Assembly (NCBI GenBank): GCA_000182565.2
Contig: KQ257452.1
From: Spizellomyces punctatus DAOM BR117
Taxonomy: Eukaryota
Reading direction: 5' to 3' (one strand)
Length of the DNA stretch: 64,000 nt
Part shown: positions 51,121 to 62,578 of the stretch, piece after piece
How positions within the stretch are numbered: position 1 is the first letter of the stretch
How the letters are laid out: every line of letters starts with the position of its first letter
Notes under the pieces: model-generated
Databases searched by the model: none
Told to the model about the DNA's origin: nothing
The model's input: only the letters and a program-made list of their open reading frames with translations
Made by a program: the position numbers and the translations under genes

Positions 51121-53316
51121 TTAGTCATCCAAAAACCCCATACCACCTTTCAACCCCCCCAAAAGCACCTCCCCCTTCTCCACCTCCCCTATTTCCCGAT
51201 ACATCCCAACAAGCCCAAAAAGCGTCTCATCCAAAACAACAACACCCTCACTCTGCATCTCCAAAAAAATCCATTCAGCAAGTTCATATTCCCCAAATGC
51301 TATATGATTCGCAATAGCCGCTCCAAAAGCCCTTGACAAGAACAGTGGGTGCAAAGAGAGGCGTCGTAGGTCTTTAATGTAATATTGGATCGTTTCGGTC
51401 GGGTAGAGATGGACGTAGAGGTCGTATACGACTTTAAGGGATCCAATATCAGGGAGAACGTCATGGGAAAGAAGAGTTTGAAGGACATCTAACGCAGAAT
51501 ATCGATCCCTCGTTCGAGCATAATACCGTAAAAGCGGTGTAACAACAATACTATTCGGCGTAAACTCTTTTGCAAGTTGAGTTAAATGGTTAATCGCCAA
51601 ATGAGGGGCATTGAGACGACATAATGCGGAGATAATGGTTGAATAGGCTACAAGGAGGGGTGGGTGGCGATGAAAGGGGGATCGAGAAGTTTTGACGAGT
51701 TTAGGATGGGTCCGAGAAGATGGGTCAAGTGTTAATCGCCGTAAAAGACGTAACGCAGTCTGCATATCACCCGATTTGGTAAAAGCGTGAATAAGGGTAC
51801 TCGTCAATACCGGGTCAATAAATTCAGAATGTTTGTTGGCCCATTCGGCGATCGACAGGGCTTTGGTATAATTTTTTGTGCGGATGCAGGCGTCGACGAG
51901 CATGCTGAGTATCACGGGGTCGGGTGTACCGTTTTTGGAGTCTAGGAGTTGGGTGTAGAGGGTTTGGGCTTGCTCGGTTTGACCCGTACGGATTAGGCTG
52001 TTGATCCATGTTGTCCGGAAATGACCCAATTTGTCCTTGTATCCCAATGATTGGTATTCTTGGATAATATCCAGTGCGGAGGAGAGGTTGTTTTGTTTCA
52101 TGTAGGCGGCGAGACAGCTGTTGAGGAGCTTGGGTGTTGGTACGAGGTTTTTGGAACGGAGGTCTTTGAGGAGGGTTTCGGCTGCTGGAAGATTGCCGAG
52201 TCGAAAGTGGGCTTCAATGAGGGATGTGTAGGCGTATACGGTGGGTATCACGTTGAGGGATGCGAGAGAGGACATGTGTCGTTCGGCGGCAAGGATATTG
52301 TCTTGGAAAACGTATGCTTCAATCAATGCGCCGTGAATGTCGGGGGTTTGGGGTACACCCCGTGCCGTCATATCATGAAAATAGGTTTGTAGCTGATCAT
52401 GAGTACCATGTCGACCCACAGCAATTAATACTTGTCGATACATTTCTTCACTGGGTACCTCCCCACTCGCAACATACGTCTCAAAAGCACTCTCCACCGC
52501 ACTCACGTCTCCCAATTGTCCAAAGGCTTTGATCTTTTGCGCAACCGCCCAGGCCGGTAACGGTCCTTCCCGCTCCACATCCTCAAGAATCCGCAACGCC
52601 TCTTTGGGTCCATACCGATACAAACACGCATCCACCAACATTTCATTCAATTTGGGCAAAAGTAACCCCCGCTCCTTGAATCCAGTGTACAGTCGTACCA
52701 GCCCTTCTAGCTTCGATGCAGATCCTACACGTTGTATAGCCAAGACCAACATGTCTACATCCGGTATCATGTCCGATCCCAGCATGGCGTCCACCCATTC
52801 GAGGGCTTTGGTATCTGAAAACGTTGACCCGGCATGCTCGACGAGTAATTTGTAGTCTTGGATACTCCATGGACTACCGTGTGTCCAGAGGGCTTTGAGG
52901 ACGTGTCGGATGGTGCGAGAGATTTCTTTGGTGATGGGGGCGGATTGGAGGAGGGTGAGAAAGTCCCGTAGGGTGGACGTATCAAGAGCCGTCTTACTCG
53001 CCTCGACTTGCTCAATCCCCTCGCGCTCGTAAAGAGACGAAAAATGCACACAAGCCACAGAAACATTTCCTTCCTTTACAGCCGTCCGAAAAAGCATTGC
53101 ATGATCCTCCCCGTCTCTCTTTCTGTCGCTTGTCACATTGCTTCGTACGTCGATCCTCTCCATGTCGTGCAGTGTGTTATCCTTGACTCCATTCAACGAT
53201 CTATGATTGTCCCCAGCAACCGCCAACCCCCTCCTCCCCCACAAAACTCTTGAACAAGAACCCACCACCCGTAACCTACCCCTCAACACTCTCGTCACCC
53301 CAATGACAAGGCGCAT
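51121..53316 (-). CDS. Pentatricopeptide-repeat protein, probably mitochondrial, intronless
   Basis: 733-aa ORF with an Arg-rich presequence and PPR motifs (PTVYAYTSLIEAHFRLGNLPAAETLL, STLIHAFTKSGDMQTAL, AYSTIISALCR). First ATG at 53316. Confidence 0.9.
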   Translation of the reverse strand: MRLVIGVTRVLRGRLRVVGSCSRVLWGRRGLAVAGDNHRSLNGVKDNTLHDMERIDVRSNVTSDRKRDGEDHAMLFRTAVKEGNVSVACVHFSSLYEREGIEQVEASKTALDTSTLRDFLTLLQSAPITKEISRTIRHVLKALWTHGSPWSIQDYKLLVEHAGSTFSDTKALEWVDAMLGSDMIPDVDMLVLAIQRVGSASKLEGLVRLYTGFKERGLLLPKLNEMLVDACLYRYGPKEALRILEDVEREGPLPAWAVAQKIKAFGQLGDVSAVESAFETYVASGEVPSEEMYRQVLIAVGRHGTHDQLQTYFHDMTARGVPQTPDIHGALIEAYVFQDNILAAERHMSSLASLNVIPTVYAYTSLIEAHFRLGNLPAAETLLKDLRSKNLVPTPKLLNSCLAAYMKQNNLSSALDIIQEYQSLGYKDKLGHFRTTWINSLIRTGQTEQAQTLYTQLLDSKNGTPDPVILSMLVDACIRTKNYTKALSIAEWANKHSEFIDPVLTSTLIHAFTKSGDMQTALRLLRRLTLDPSSRTHPKLVKTSRSPFHRHPPLLVAYSTIISALCRLNAPHLAINHLTQLAKEFTPNSIVVTPLLRYYARTRDRYSALDVLQTLLSHDVLPDIGSLKVVYDLYVHLYPTETIQYYIKDLRRLSLHPLFLSRAFGAAIANHIAFGEYELAEWIFLEMQSEGVVVLDETLFGLVGMYREIGEVEKGEVLLGGLKGGMGFLDD

Positions 53317-53496
53317 TATCACTGTTATTTTTGACTGCGACTGTTAACCCAGGTGTCGTGGGATCTTGCATGTCGACGTTACCATACCAACAGCGCACGG
53401 AAGATGAGATAATCACGATCACGGTAGCGTAAGCCGATGTGACAGGGAGCATGTTGACAGCAGAGGAGGTTCTTCATTTGCAGAGTACTTGTCACC

Positions 53497-53765
53497 AATA
53501 AAGTGGCCATAAACTTTATGTGTTTGTGCAGTGTCGGATAGGAATGCTCACAATAGAGTTCCCTGTTGCATGTAAACGCCTCGAGAAACAAAAAGTTGAA
53601 CATATTTGGCTGCAATTGAGGGCAATCGGTCGAGATTTTTTATTGTTATTGTCGCGGTGAGGTTCCTCACAAACAAAGTGGTCATGACTTGCATGTGTTT
53701 GTGTAGTGTTGAGTAGGAATGCACACATAGAGTCGCTGCCTGCACGTTAAAACTCCTCAGCAAAC
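53497..53765. repeat. Imperfect ~90-bp direct repeat pair
   Basis: AATAAAGTGGCCATAAACTTTATGTGTTTGTGCAGTGTCGGATAGGAATGCTCAC... (~53497) versus AACAAAGTGGTCATGACTTGCATGTGTTTGTGTAGTGTTGAGTAGGAATGCACAC... (~53672). Confidence 0.8.
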
Positions 53766-53880
53766 GCATCAAATATCAAAAAAAATCCCACACATCGACA
53801 ATATACATTCCAAAATATCCAAAAAAAATATTAAAATATAAACAACTAAAAAAAATCCAATGCTTGCTCCAAACAAGCTA

Positions 53881-56863
53881 TCACACCCCAATCCCACAAA
53901 CAACAAACGCAAGCCACTCACACATCTCCCTCAGACCCGCACTTCCAACCCCCCCAAAATGTCCTTGCCCAGTAACACGCACCAAAACATTTATTCCAAC
54001 CTCCCGCATCTTGGCAACCCACTTTAACGGCTCATAAAAGCCTACACGCGCGTCTTTTAATCCCGTCGTGACAAATACTTTGATCTTCGACTTGGGGACA
54101 TTGTAATAAGGCGAGTAGTCCATCATGGCATGAAAGATGTTGATATTGTTTGGATTGCCCCATTCGTAGTACTCGTATGGGACCCATGGCATGGTGGGAT
54201 CAATCATATCGCCAACGGGGTCCACAAAGGGGACTTGAGTGACGACGAGTTGGACGAGACCGTTGAAACCTGATGAAGACACGGCGGAGCCTGTGATGAG
54301 GCCACCTGCACTTCGACCATAGAGTCCGATATGGCCTGGTAAGGCGACTCCCAGGGAAATAAGACCGGAAATGCAATCACGGACGTCAGAGAATGTGAGG
54401 TTTTTCGTAGTGTATTTGGCAGAGGTGTACCATTCTGCACCCAGGTCGGCGTCTCCACGGGGATGGCAAATCGCATAGGATATGTTGCGACGGAGGAGTG
54501 AAAAGAGGTGGGGAGACCATGTCGGGTCCTGGAATCCTCCGTAGGCGCCATAGGCACTCACGAGGATGGGTGTTGGGTTGCTTGTGGGTGGGGTGAGGAG
54601 GGAGATGGGGATAAACGTATTTGGTGTACGGGTGGACGGCACCCAGACGCGGCGTTCCGAAAAGGGTACGGAAACCGTCTTGTGCGTCATGCGTCTTGTG
54701 TCTGCGGTACCAAGGTGATGAACATATGACGCATGCGGAACCGTAAACGAGGAATTGGAAAAGAGGAGACAGGAACTGTTGAATTCTGTATAGAGCCGCT
54801 GGTCCATGTCTGTGTTAGTCCCAGGGAACAAAGAGTAGGTTTCCAGTGTAGGAGGGACCGGACGCGTCATGGATTGGGATACTAGATCGATGGTGACGAC
54901 TTGACGCAACCCGCGGACACGCACCCACGCGACCAGATGCAAGGAGAGGAGATCCATACGTTCAATGTATTGGGCATCCGAGGCAGGGAGGACGGGTTCG
55001 GGGGGTTTGTCGGAGAAGAGGGCCGAGATGGACATGTTGGAGGCGAGGGCTTGAGCTGTGGGGAGGCGGTGGATGGCATAGTTGGGTGCAAGGGCGTTGG
55101 TGAGAATGTAGAAATGGGCATGAGCGTGGTCGATGGTGTAGTGGATGGCGAGAGAGCGGTGGAAGAGGGGGGTGGCGATTGTAGAGTTGATGAGACGGAT
55201 TTCAGACGTGACCTGACCAGTGACCTGAAAGTAACAAAAGGCGCCGCCGTGAGTGGTGGACCCACGCAATATTTTGTCCAGTAAAACTCAAGAGTCAAAT
55301 GTGTGCCCACAAAGACAATACGCAACGTGTGTCTGTGTGTGTGTGTCTGTGTGTGTATGGGCAAGTTACGACCCATTATGACATGACGCACTGCGGGCAC
55401 CCACTCGGTACACGACAAGTGGTCATTCGAAACCTCTTTTCCACGACACGCACCTTGACAAACACAAAAAGACCATCACTGGTGGCATCCACAGCCGTCG
55501 TCAGACTCGGATCCTCTTCAACATACACCCACTCTGGTTCACCCCGTTCATCCCTCTTGTCTTGCTTTGGGCACGCACGAGCACACGCTCTCAACACCCA
55601 CCGCGGAATCCCCCACTGAGGATCCACGGCATTATAATACAAGTAATGCGCGCCGCGGTCCACGGCCCATCGCGCAGAATCATATGAAGGCCATCCGCCC
55701 CACATCTTGCCTGTTTTTGTGTCACGAATGTAGAGGGCGTAGGTTTCGGAGCCTGTTGTGTCATAGGAAAAGGCAATGAGGGAGGGATCGCGGGGGTTGA
55801 CTTCAAAGATGCCCGGAGAAAAGTAGGTTGTGTTTGGAGGGAGGATGGTGTTGTAGTCCAGGACCGTTTCTACAAAAGAGGCGAAACGATATGCAAACGA
55901 ACATTAGTGAGTGCATAAGTCTGTGCAACGAACGACAGTGAGTACAACGAGCACAACGACAGTTAACAGTGCGCTGACTCTTGCACTCGCCATCATTCTT
56001 CACCCTCTCCCTCCATGCGACTATGTGCTATCCACTCGCCGTAGCCACGACGAGCGTTAGCGAGTCGTGGTCCATCTCCATCCCAACCCCTCATCCCACA
56101 CTCTCTGCTATATCTCCATGACGAGCGTCAGCGAGTCTAGTCCCCAGCCCTGACCCTCAGTACTGCACAGTTCACCCAAGGAACTAGAAGAAAACCAAAG
56201 ATAGCAGCGCCATCCTGTAGACCACCACCGAGCGCCAACCTGAACGCTAACCAACCCACGAACCCTAACCCTAATCAAACTCCAACCCGAGTCCTAACCC
56301 TAAACGCTAACCCGAACCCGATGCGCTAACGAACCCTAACACTCACTCCAAACCCTAACCCCAAACCTAGCCTGAAAACACTCACCCTCGGGACCCAAAT
56401 CCAATGTGCAAAAACATGCTGTCTCATTAAAGCGCAATCTCCGAAATGTGGCGGGATAAGGGGCAGTGGAGCGAGTGTAGTAGAGATAGCCTCCCTCTTG
56501 CCAATACTGTGATACTGCCAACATGTCACATTCTGACTTTGCATAGAGATTGGCCCCCTCGAGTTCCTTCTGAATCTCGCCTTGTAGCCCTCTCTGCCCT
56601 CTTAGAGATGCGTCCGTGTACGAGTTTTCTTGCTCAATGTAAGAATAAACGTCTGGGTCCTGTGTGTTGCGTAGCCATGCATAATTGTCCTGTATGCGTG
56701 TGCCATGCAAATAAAAGTCAAAAGGTATGCGTTTGGGAGTGGGAATAATAGAGTAGTGAGATGGACTAGAAGAAGAGAGAGAGTAGAATGACCAAGTCAA
56801 GGACAAGAGAATAAAAACGAGTGTAATAAAGGGATAAAAAGAGCGAGTCGATTTGAAGAGCAT
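53881..56863 (-). CDS. S9A prolyl oligopeptidase / oligopeptidase B-like peptidase with N-terminal signal anchor
   Basis: HGTRIQDNYAWLR..IEQENSYT, AYGAYG, HPRGDADLGAEWY, nucleophile GRSAGG, YYEWGNP, DARVGFYEPLKWVAKMR and GHFG. Introns 55870-56385 and 55225-55453. Confidence 0.92.
56240..56372 (-). repeat. Degenerate telomere-like (TTAGGG/CCCTAA) array inside an intron
   Basis: Five exact CCCTAA copies (56263, 56269, 56298, 56334, 56353) interspersed with CGCTAA, CCCGAA and CCCAAA variants. Confidence 0.7.
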
Positions 56864-56978
56864 GTGTGCAAGTGTTCCCATTTCCCAATGCCCGAATGCC
56901 CAATTCCCAATGCAAACGAGACAAGAGTGTGTGTGAATGTGTGAATAACACGTGATATGATCGTGATGACATAATAAT

Positions 56979-56981
<3 letters not shown>

Positions 56982-57016
<35 letters not shown>

Positions 57017-57364
57017 GAGAAAGTAAAGAGAGAATATAAGAAAGAAAAAGAATAAAATGCATGTGGAAATGAGAATAAAAAGAGCAATGAGAGTATCAAA
57101 TGCGATAGATATGAGAATAGAAATAATAAATACTAAATAATTCATAGAGTAGAAATGATTTCATTTAATAGTCTCTCTCTCTCTCATTTATGATAGATAG
57201 ATATATAATAGAGTGTGAATGAGAGAATTCAATAGAGATAGAGATTTCACACCATTACTTGTTGTTTTCTCTCTCTCTCTCTCTCTCTGTCTGCCAACTA
57301 GACGCTTATTCTCTCTCTCTCTTGTGTGTGTGTGTGTGTGTGAATCTCCCATTATAAACAGCTA

Positions 57365-57398
<34 letters not shown>
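56982..57398. repeat. Microsatellite cluster: (TG)n and (CT)n
   Basis: (TG)n at ~56982-57012 and ~57323-57342; (CT)n at ~57172, 57268 and 57368-57398. Lies in the divergent intergenic region between the peptidase and the zinc-knuckle gene. Confidence 0.95.
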
Positions 57399-57401
<3 letters not shown>

Positions 57402-57532
57402 GTGGGAATATTTCATTCGTGTGTGTGGGAATATTTTTGACAGCTTCTGTTTTTCACGTGTTTCTTATTAGACTCTTGTTCCCACGCTTCTTTCTTCTTG
57501 CTTTTTACTTTTCATCCCATCGTTCTCTTGTT

Positions 57533-59683
57533 ATGATGAGTTGGGATACTCCTTCTACTAGTATCGATCAGGGCTGGAATATGGATTCTATGGATGATCA
57601 ACCCACAGTGGATACACGCATGGATACAGATACTGTGGGTGCAGAGGGTTGGAAGAACGAGTCTCGCTCTTTTGACGACACTCCCATGCAAGGTATTTTT
57701 TTATTGTTTGTGTGTTTTCAGTTTCTTTCTGCTGACTATTATCAAGGAGAGACTTGCCACAATTGTGGAGCAGAGGGGCACAAGGCAAGGGACTGCACAG
57801 AGCCTCGCAAACCACGCCAAGGAGAGACTTGTCGCAACTGTGGAGATCCTACTCACTATGCCAAAGACTGTCCTCTGCCCAAAAAGCCAAAGGAAGGAAC
57901 GGGCTGCATGACGTGTGGATCCTCGGACCATTACGCCCGTGATTGTCCAGAGAGGACACGCGAGCGCACCCGTGCTTCCGACGAGGAATTGATTGCCCTC
58001 TGGGAATCCTTTATTACGGCTGATGATGATGGGGAATTTGATGAGATTAGAAGGATTCTCTTGGCCATTATGGACAAGGATCCCGATGAAACGTGGCCTG
58101 GTCTCGAGAAGAGGCTGCGTAATTCTGGCTGCAAGCAAGTATCCCTTGCACTCATTGACCATGTTCCAATACGCTTACACACTTGACAGAACGCATGTGG
58201 TGGCAGAACCTCGCATGTTGCCCCCCAACAAGGAACTCGCTGATAACCAGGGTCACGGCAACAAGCGGTAATTCAATATCTTGTTGCCATTTTTAACCCG
58301 CCTTTTACTAATCTCCTTTGACTTTAGCTACGAGATTACATTCATTAGGAACCCCCGCGTTCTCAAATTCAAGCTCAAGGACGACGATGCAAAGACGGCC
58401 AATGCTGAACGGCTCAAGGACGCGGGCACCATTCGCGAACGGTTCAAAGTGAATGGCAAATTCGAGTTGCCCGACTGGCAGATGGAGGGTCTGACGGCCA
58501 CTCAGAGAAACATTGCCAATAATGCCTGTCTTTGTTGCGGCAAGTCTTTTTTTTCAAATTCACCACGCCCAGTCACGTACATGCTCTGATTTAATCAACG
58601 CAGGTTCCACTGAGCACAGGACCAAAGAATGTAGCGAGGAACGTGAGCGGCCCAAAGTCGGCATTTGCTTCAAGGTAACTCTTGGTTGCAAAAATGTGTT
58701 GAGCAACTATTGACATTTGTCATGTACAGTGCGGCGAGTCTGGACATCATTTCCGTACATGCCCCAATCCCGATCGTACGTGCTTGTCTCGATCCATGCA
58801 CTCTAGAGTCCTAGACACTAATGCATTCTTGTCCATTTTCATGACTTGCACACACACACACACACAGCGGCACGTATGAATACGGGGTGCCGTCGTTGTG
58901 GCAAAGAAGGTCACAGGGTATGCATGCATGTTATTTGATACTTTTAGGTCGTGCAGTCATCTCAACTGACGGATAACAGGCATCCGATTGTCCCGAGCCC
59001 GACACCAGGACGTAGGTAGCAATCCATTATTGAACTTGCAGCAATTTTAACATTTCGTTTTCTTGCAGCATAACGTGCAGGCGCTGTGAAAAAGAAGGTG
59101 GGTCAACATGAAACGCAAACTCGATCCATGGCAATGCTGACGCCAGTGTGTTTGATTTTCTAGGGCACAAGGCGAGCGAATGTCCTGAACCCGACACTCG
59201 TACCTGCAACAATTGCGGTGAGCCCGGCCACAAGCAAGCAGAGTGCACCGAGCCCCGCAAACCTCGCGGCGGAGGTAGTGCCTGCTACAAGTATGTGACC
59301 TTTTCCATGTCCTATTCAACTCTGTACTGACGCGTGGGGGTGGATAGTTGTCAACAGGAAGGTCATTTATCCAAGGACTGCACTGAGCCGAGGAGGGAAC
59401 GCAGGCCAATGAAGTGCCACAAGTGTCACCAAGAAGGTATTTCACGGTAGACGCCAGCATCCACACGGTATGGCTTTTTCTGACGCTTTTGATAGGCCAC
59501 AAGGCTGCGGATTGCACTGAATCTGGTGGCGACTATTCCAACGACGGCTATTCTGGCGGGTACGGAAACAATTCGACCGGTGACAATGATGTTACCATGC
59601 AAGATTCCGCTTCGAGTGCCGCCGCGTTTGATAGCAACTGGAACCCCCAAGAAGAAACGCCCCAAGTCGGGGGAGGCTGGTAA
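57533..59683 (+). CDS. Multi-CCHC zinc-knuckle nucleic-acid-binding protein (CnjB-like)
   Basis: Ten CX2CX4HX4C knuckles once spliced (e.g. CHNCGAEGHKARDC, CNNCGEPGHKQAEC) flank a central domain PDETWPGLEKRLR...DNQGHGNKRYEITF. Gly/Trp-containing low-complexity ends. Confidence 0.88.
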
Positions 59684-59963
59684 AGAAGCAGACATTTTGA
59701 AAACAGCGATACCCACTGGTGTTTGTTTGTCGTGCGTTGGTCATGATGACAAGGCTTTGCGAATGTGATTTAAAAAAATTGTGTAAAATGTTGCGAGAGA
59801 TGCTGTCAAAATAAAAATGGAATTGCGAAATGAAAATCCAGAACCCCCAAACCCCGATCGCCACGCCACATGCGCCACATTGACGCAAGCTAGTAGACAA
59901 GGCGCGTGTCTACTAGTAATAGTTTTGGTTCAGCAACGATTGAGCGACTTATTGAATTCAAAT

Positions 59964-61511
59964 ATGGCCGATGCACAAGAAACCATCAAGCAATTTACGG
60001 GGATCACTGGGTGCACAGAGGATCAAGGTGTGTGTGTGGGTTGTGCTGTTGTTCAAGACTTTAGTAAGCTTACCAAGTACGTTCCCTTGTCTTGTAGCCA
60101 AATTCTTTTTGGAAGCCAATGGATGGGATCTAGAGGTACTGCAACCCGCTCCACATTGATTCTATTACTGCGTCTCGTGCTCATACATACTGTCTAGTCT
60201 GCCACGAGCAGCTACTTTGAAGATTCCTCTGAACCGGGCACATCCACCCGTCCATCTGGACCCACCAGCGCAACACCGCACACTGAACCCGCACCACCTT
60301 CATCATCATCATCATCATCGTCTCGACCCACCCGCGACACACGCGTCAAAACGTTTCGAGACCTCATGGAAGGACAAGCAGCAAGTGATAGCGAAGAAGA
60401 GGATCAAACTTTTTTTGCGGGTGGTGAAAAATCGTAATGTTATTCGTCATTTGAATTTTTACTTTTATGCACATGTTTGACTGGTATTGTTTTTTTGTTA
60501 GGGGGTTGATGATGCAGGGTGGACCCAAGAGTGATCAGCTTGTTAAAAAGATTTTGGATAAAGCTGCCAAGTATGTTTTTTTCTTGTATTAGGTTTTGGA
60601 TCTGTGCGAAAGATATTAAAATGTGTTGAATGTTTTAGATCTGGACCAGCCCCTGAAGAATTTAAAAAGAATGAAAAAAAGACGTTTGTCGGCGCTGGTA
60701 ATGTTCTTAGTTCCTGTTTTTTTCAAAATGGTTTTTGTTTATGGTTTTATATAGGATACCGGTTGGGATCCGAGGATGAACCCGTTGGTCCATCTACACC
60801 GGCCGTTCAACCCTCTGCGCGGACAGCACCCGAACCCGTACGTTCCCTCCAAACCCTTGTAAAGAAAATTTGACTAAATATTTTATCAAAAGGTTGAACG
60901 TCATTTAACGTTTTGGCGAAACGGGTTTAGTATTGATGATGGGCCGTTACGGGGGTACGATGACCCCGAATCTCAAGAATTTTTACGAGCCATTAATAGC
61001 GGGTACGGTATCCAACACCCATCTTGCACACACATCACTCTTTTAATTCCCTTTTTTTAGACGTGCACCCACCCACCTCCTCAATGTCGCCTACGACCAA
61101 CCCGTCGAAGTCAAAGTCACGCGAAACCTTGAACAAGATTACATCCCACCCCCCAAGAAACCCGTAGCAGCATTTTCAGGAAGCGGACAACGATTAGGTG
61201 GTGTGACGAGTACCCTCCCCGGGTCCTTCCCCCCATCCCAATCAAGTACAACAAACACGACGTTGGAAATCAACCCATCTCTCCCGACCACGACCCTCCA
61301 ACTCCGTCTTCCAGATGGTACACGTCTCCCCATTCAATTGAATACGGTGCATACACTTGGGGATGTCCGGAGGGTTCTTGGGAGTCGACCTGATGTCAGT
61401 GCGAGGCCTTTTGGGTTTTTTTCGAGTTTTCCGACAAAAGAGTTGAAAGAGGATGTGTCTGTTGAGGAGGCGGGGGTTTTGGGGGCTGTTGTTGTTGTTA
61501 GGTGGATTTAA
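59964..61511 (+). CDS. SHP1: Cdc48/p97 cofactor Shp1/p47 (UBA-SEP-UBX)
   Basis: [20 protein letters not shown] (UBA-like), [37 protein letters not shown] (SEP), FSGSGQRLG and [18 protein letters not shown] (UBX). Confidence 0.95.
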
Positions 61512-62578
61512 GAATTGTGGGTTTTGTTGATGTACATGTTGCAAATAATACATATATTCTTTTGCAAACAAGATGTCTGTATGGCAATGCGCCCATTATG
61601 CGATTTGATATACAGTGCATAGTGTAGAGGTGACATAAAAACTGGCACTAGCTACTACACCAGGGAATAAACCGGCGACAACCGGTTCGGAAAAGCTAAG
61701 CTACTAATAGGCAATTATACACGCAATACGTAACCGTTGGTTCTAACCGGATAATTGCCCACCACCACACGCGGTCCCTACTAGGCCTTGATCTGGAACT
61801 CTTGATGGCATTGAAGCCAGAGTCTTCGCAAGAGAGTTGATATCGTCTGGGAGACTCGCAAGCCAGAGGATGTTCAGTGACAAGGCTTGGAGACTATACA
61901 TGCATGTTAGTGACAGAATAACATGAAAAGAGATGATGCCATTGGTACATACCAACCAAGCTCAACTAATGTGGCAGCATAATAGTAGTTTTTGTTATCG
62001 GGATCCGATTGGTTGCCACTGGTTCTGGTCACGGTTGCTGTCGGGCGGTCGAGGTCCTCGACACCACCACATCGGCGTTCTCATGGTTGACCGAGTCGCG
62101 ATGAGGTTGTGTGGGTCGCTATGAGGTTGCAATGTGGGTCGTAATGAGCGTTGCGCAGATGCTTCGAGTCGAGGATGGGTAAAGAGGAAAGAGGGAAAAG
62201 GCCCCCCTTTTATAAACCTTCGGCATGCGCCTCACCGCAGTTTAAAAAACAAAACATTACAATACATGCTTCACCGTTTTGAGTGATAGATGGGGGTGCT
62301 GATTATGCGATATGATTAACCGGATTATCCGGATAATAATGGGTCTTAGTGCCATTTTCAATCACCTCCACACTATGTTTGTAATGTAAGGAGTGTATCT
62401 TTGTCGTCGTCGTTGGGTATACTCTATTGAAACAAAACACAAAATGTTTTTTTCCAAACCCCAAAATACAAAAAAAAATACTTTTTCTACTAAAACAACA
62501 ACAACACCTATATAATATATTCAAAAACAAAAAAATAAAACTATACAAACTATATAAAAAAAAAAAAACTCGTCTTCT

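Noticed and set aside
56864-57532. Hydrophobic N-terminal extensions of ORFs 56336-57145 and 57419-58186
   Set aside because: They are translations of microsatellite and AT-rich intergenic DNA; plausible starts are 56863 and 57533.
58139-58147. GTATCCCTT as a U12-type 5' splice site
   Set aside because: It deviates from GTATCCTT and gives the wrong phase; the upstream GCAAGT donor restores the frame.
57533-59683. CCHC knuckles as retrotransposon Gag
   Set aside because: Ten knuckles spread over many spliceosomal introns, with no protease, RT, integrase or LTRs.
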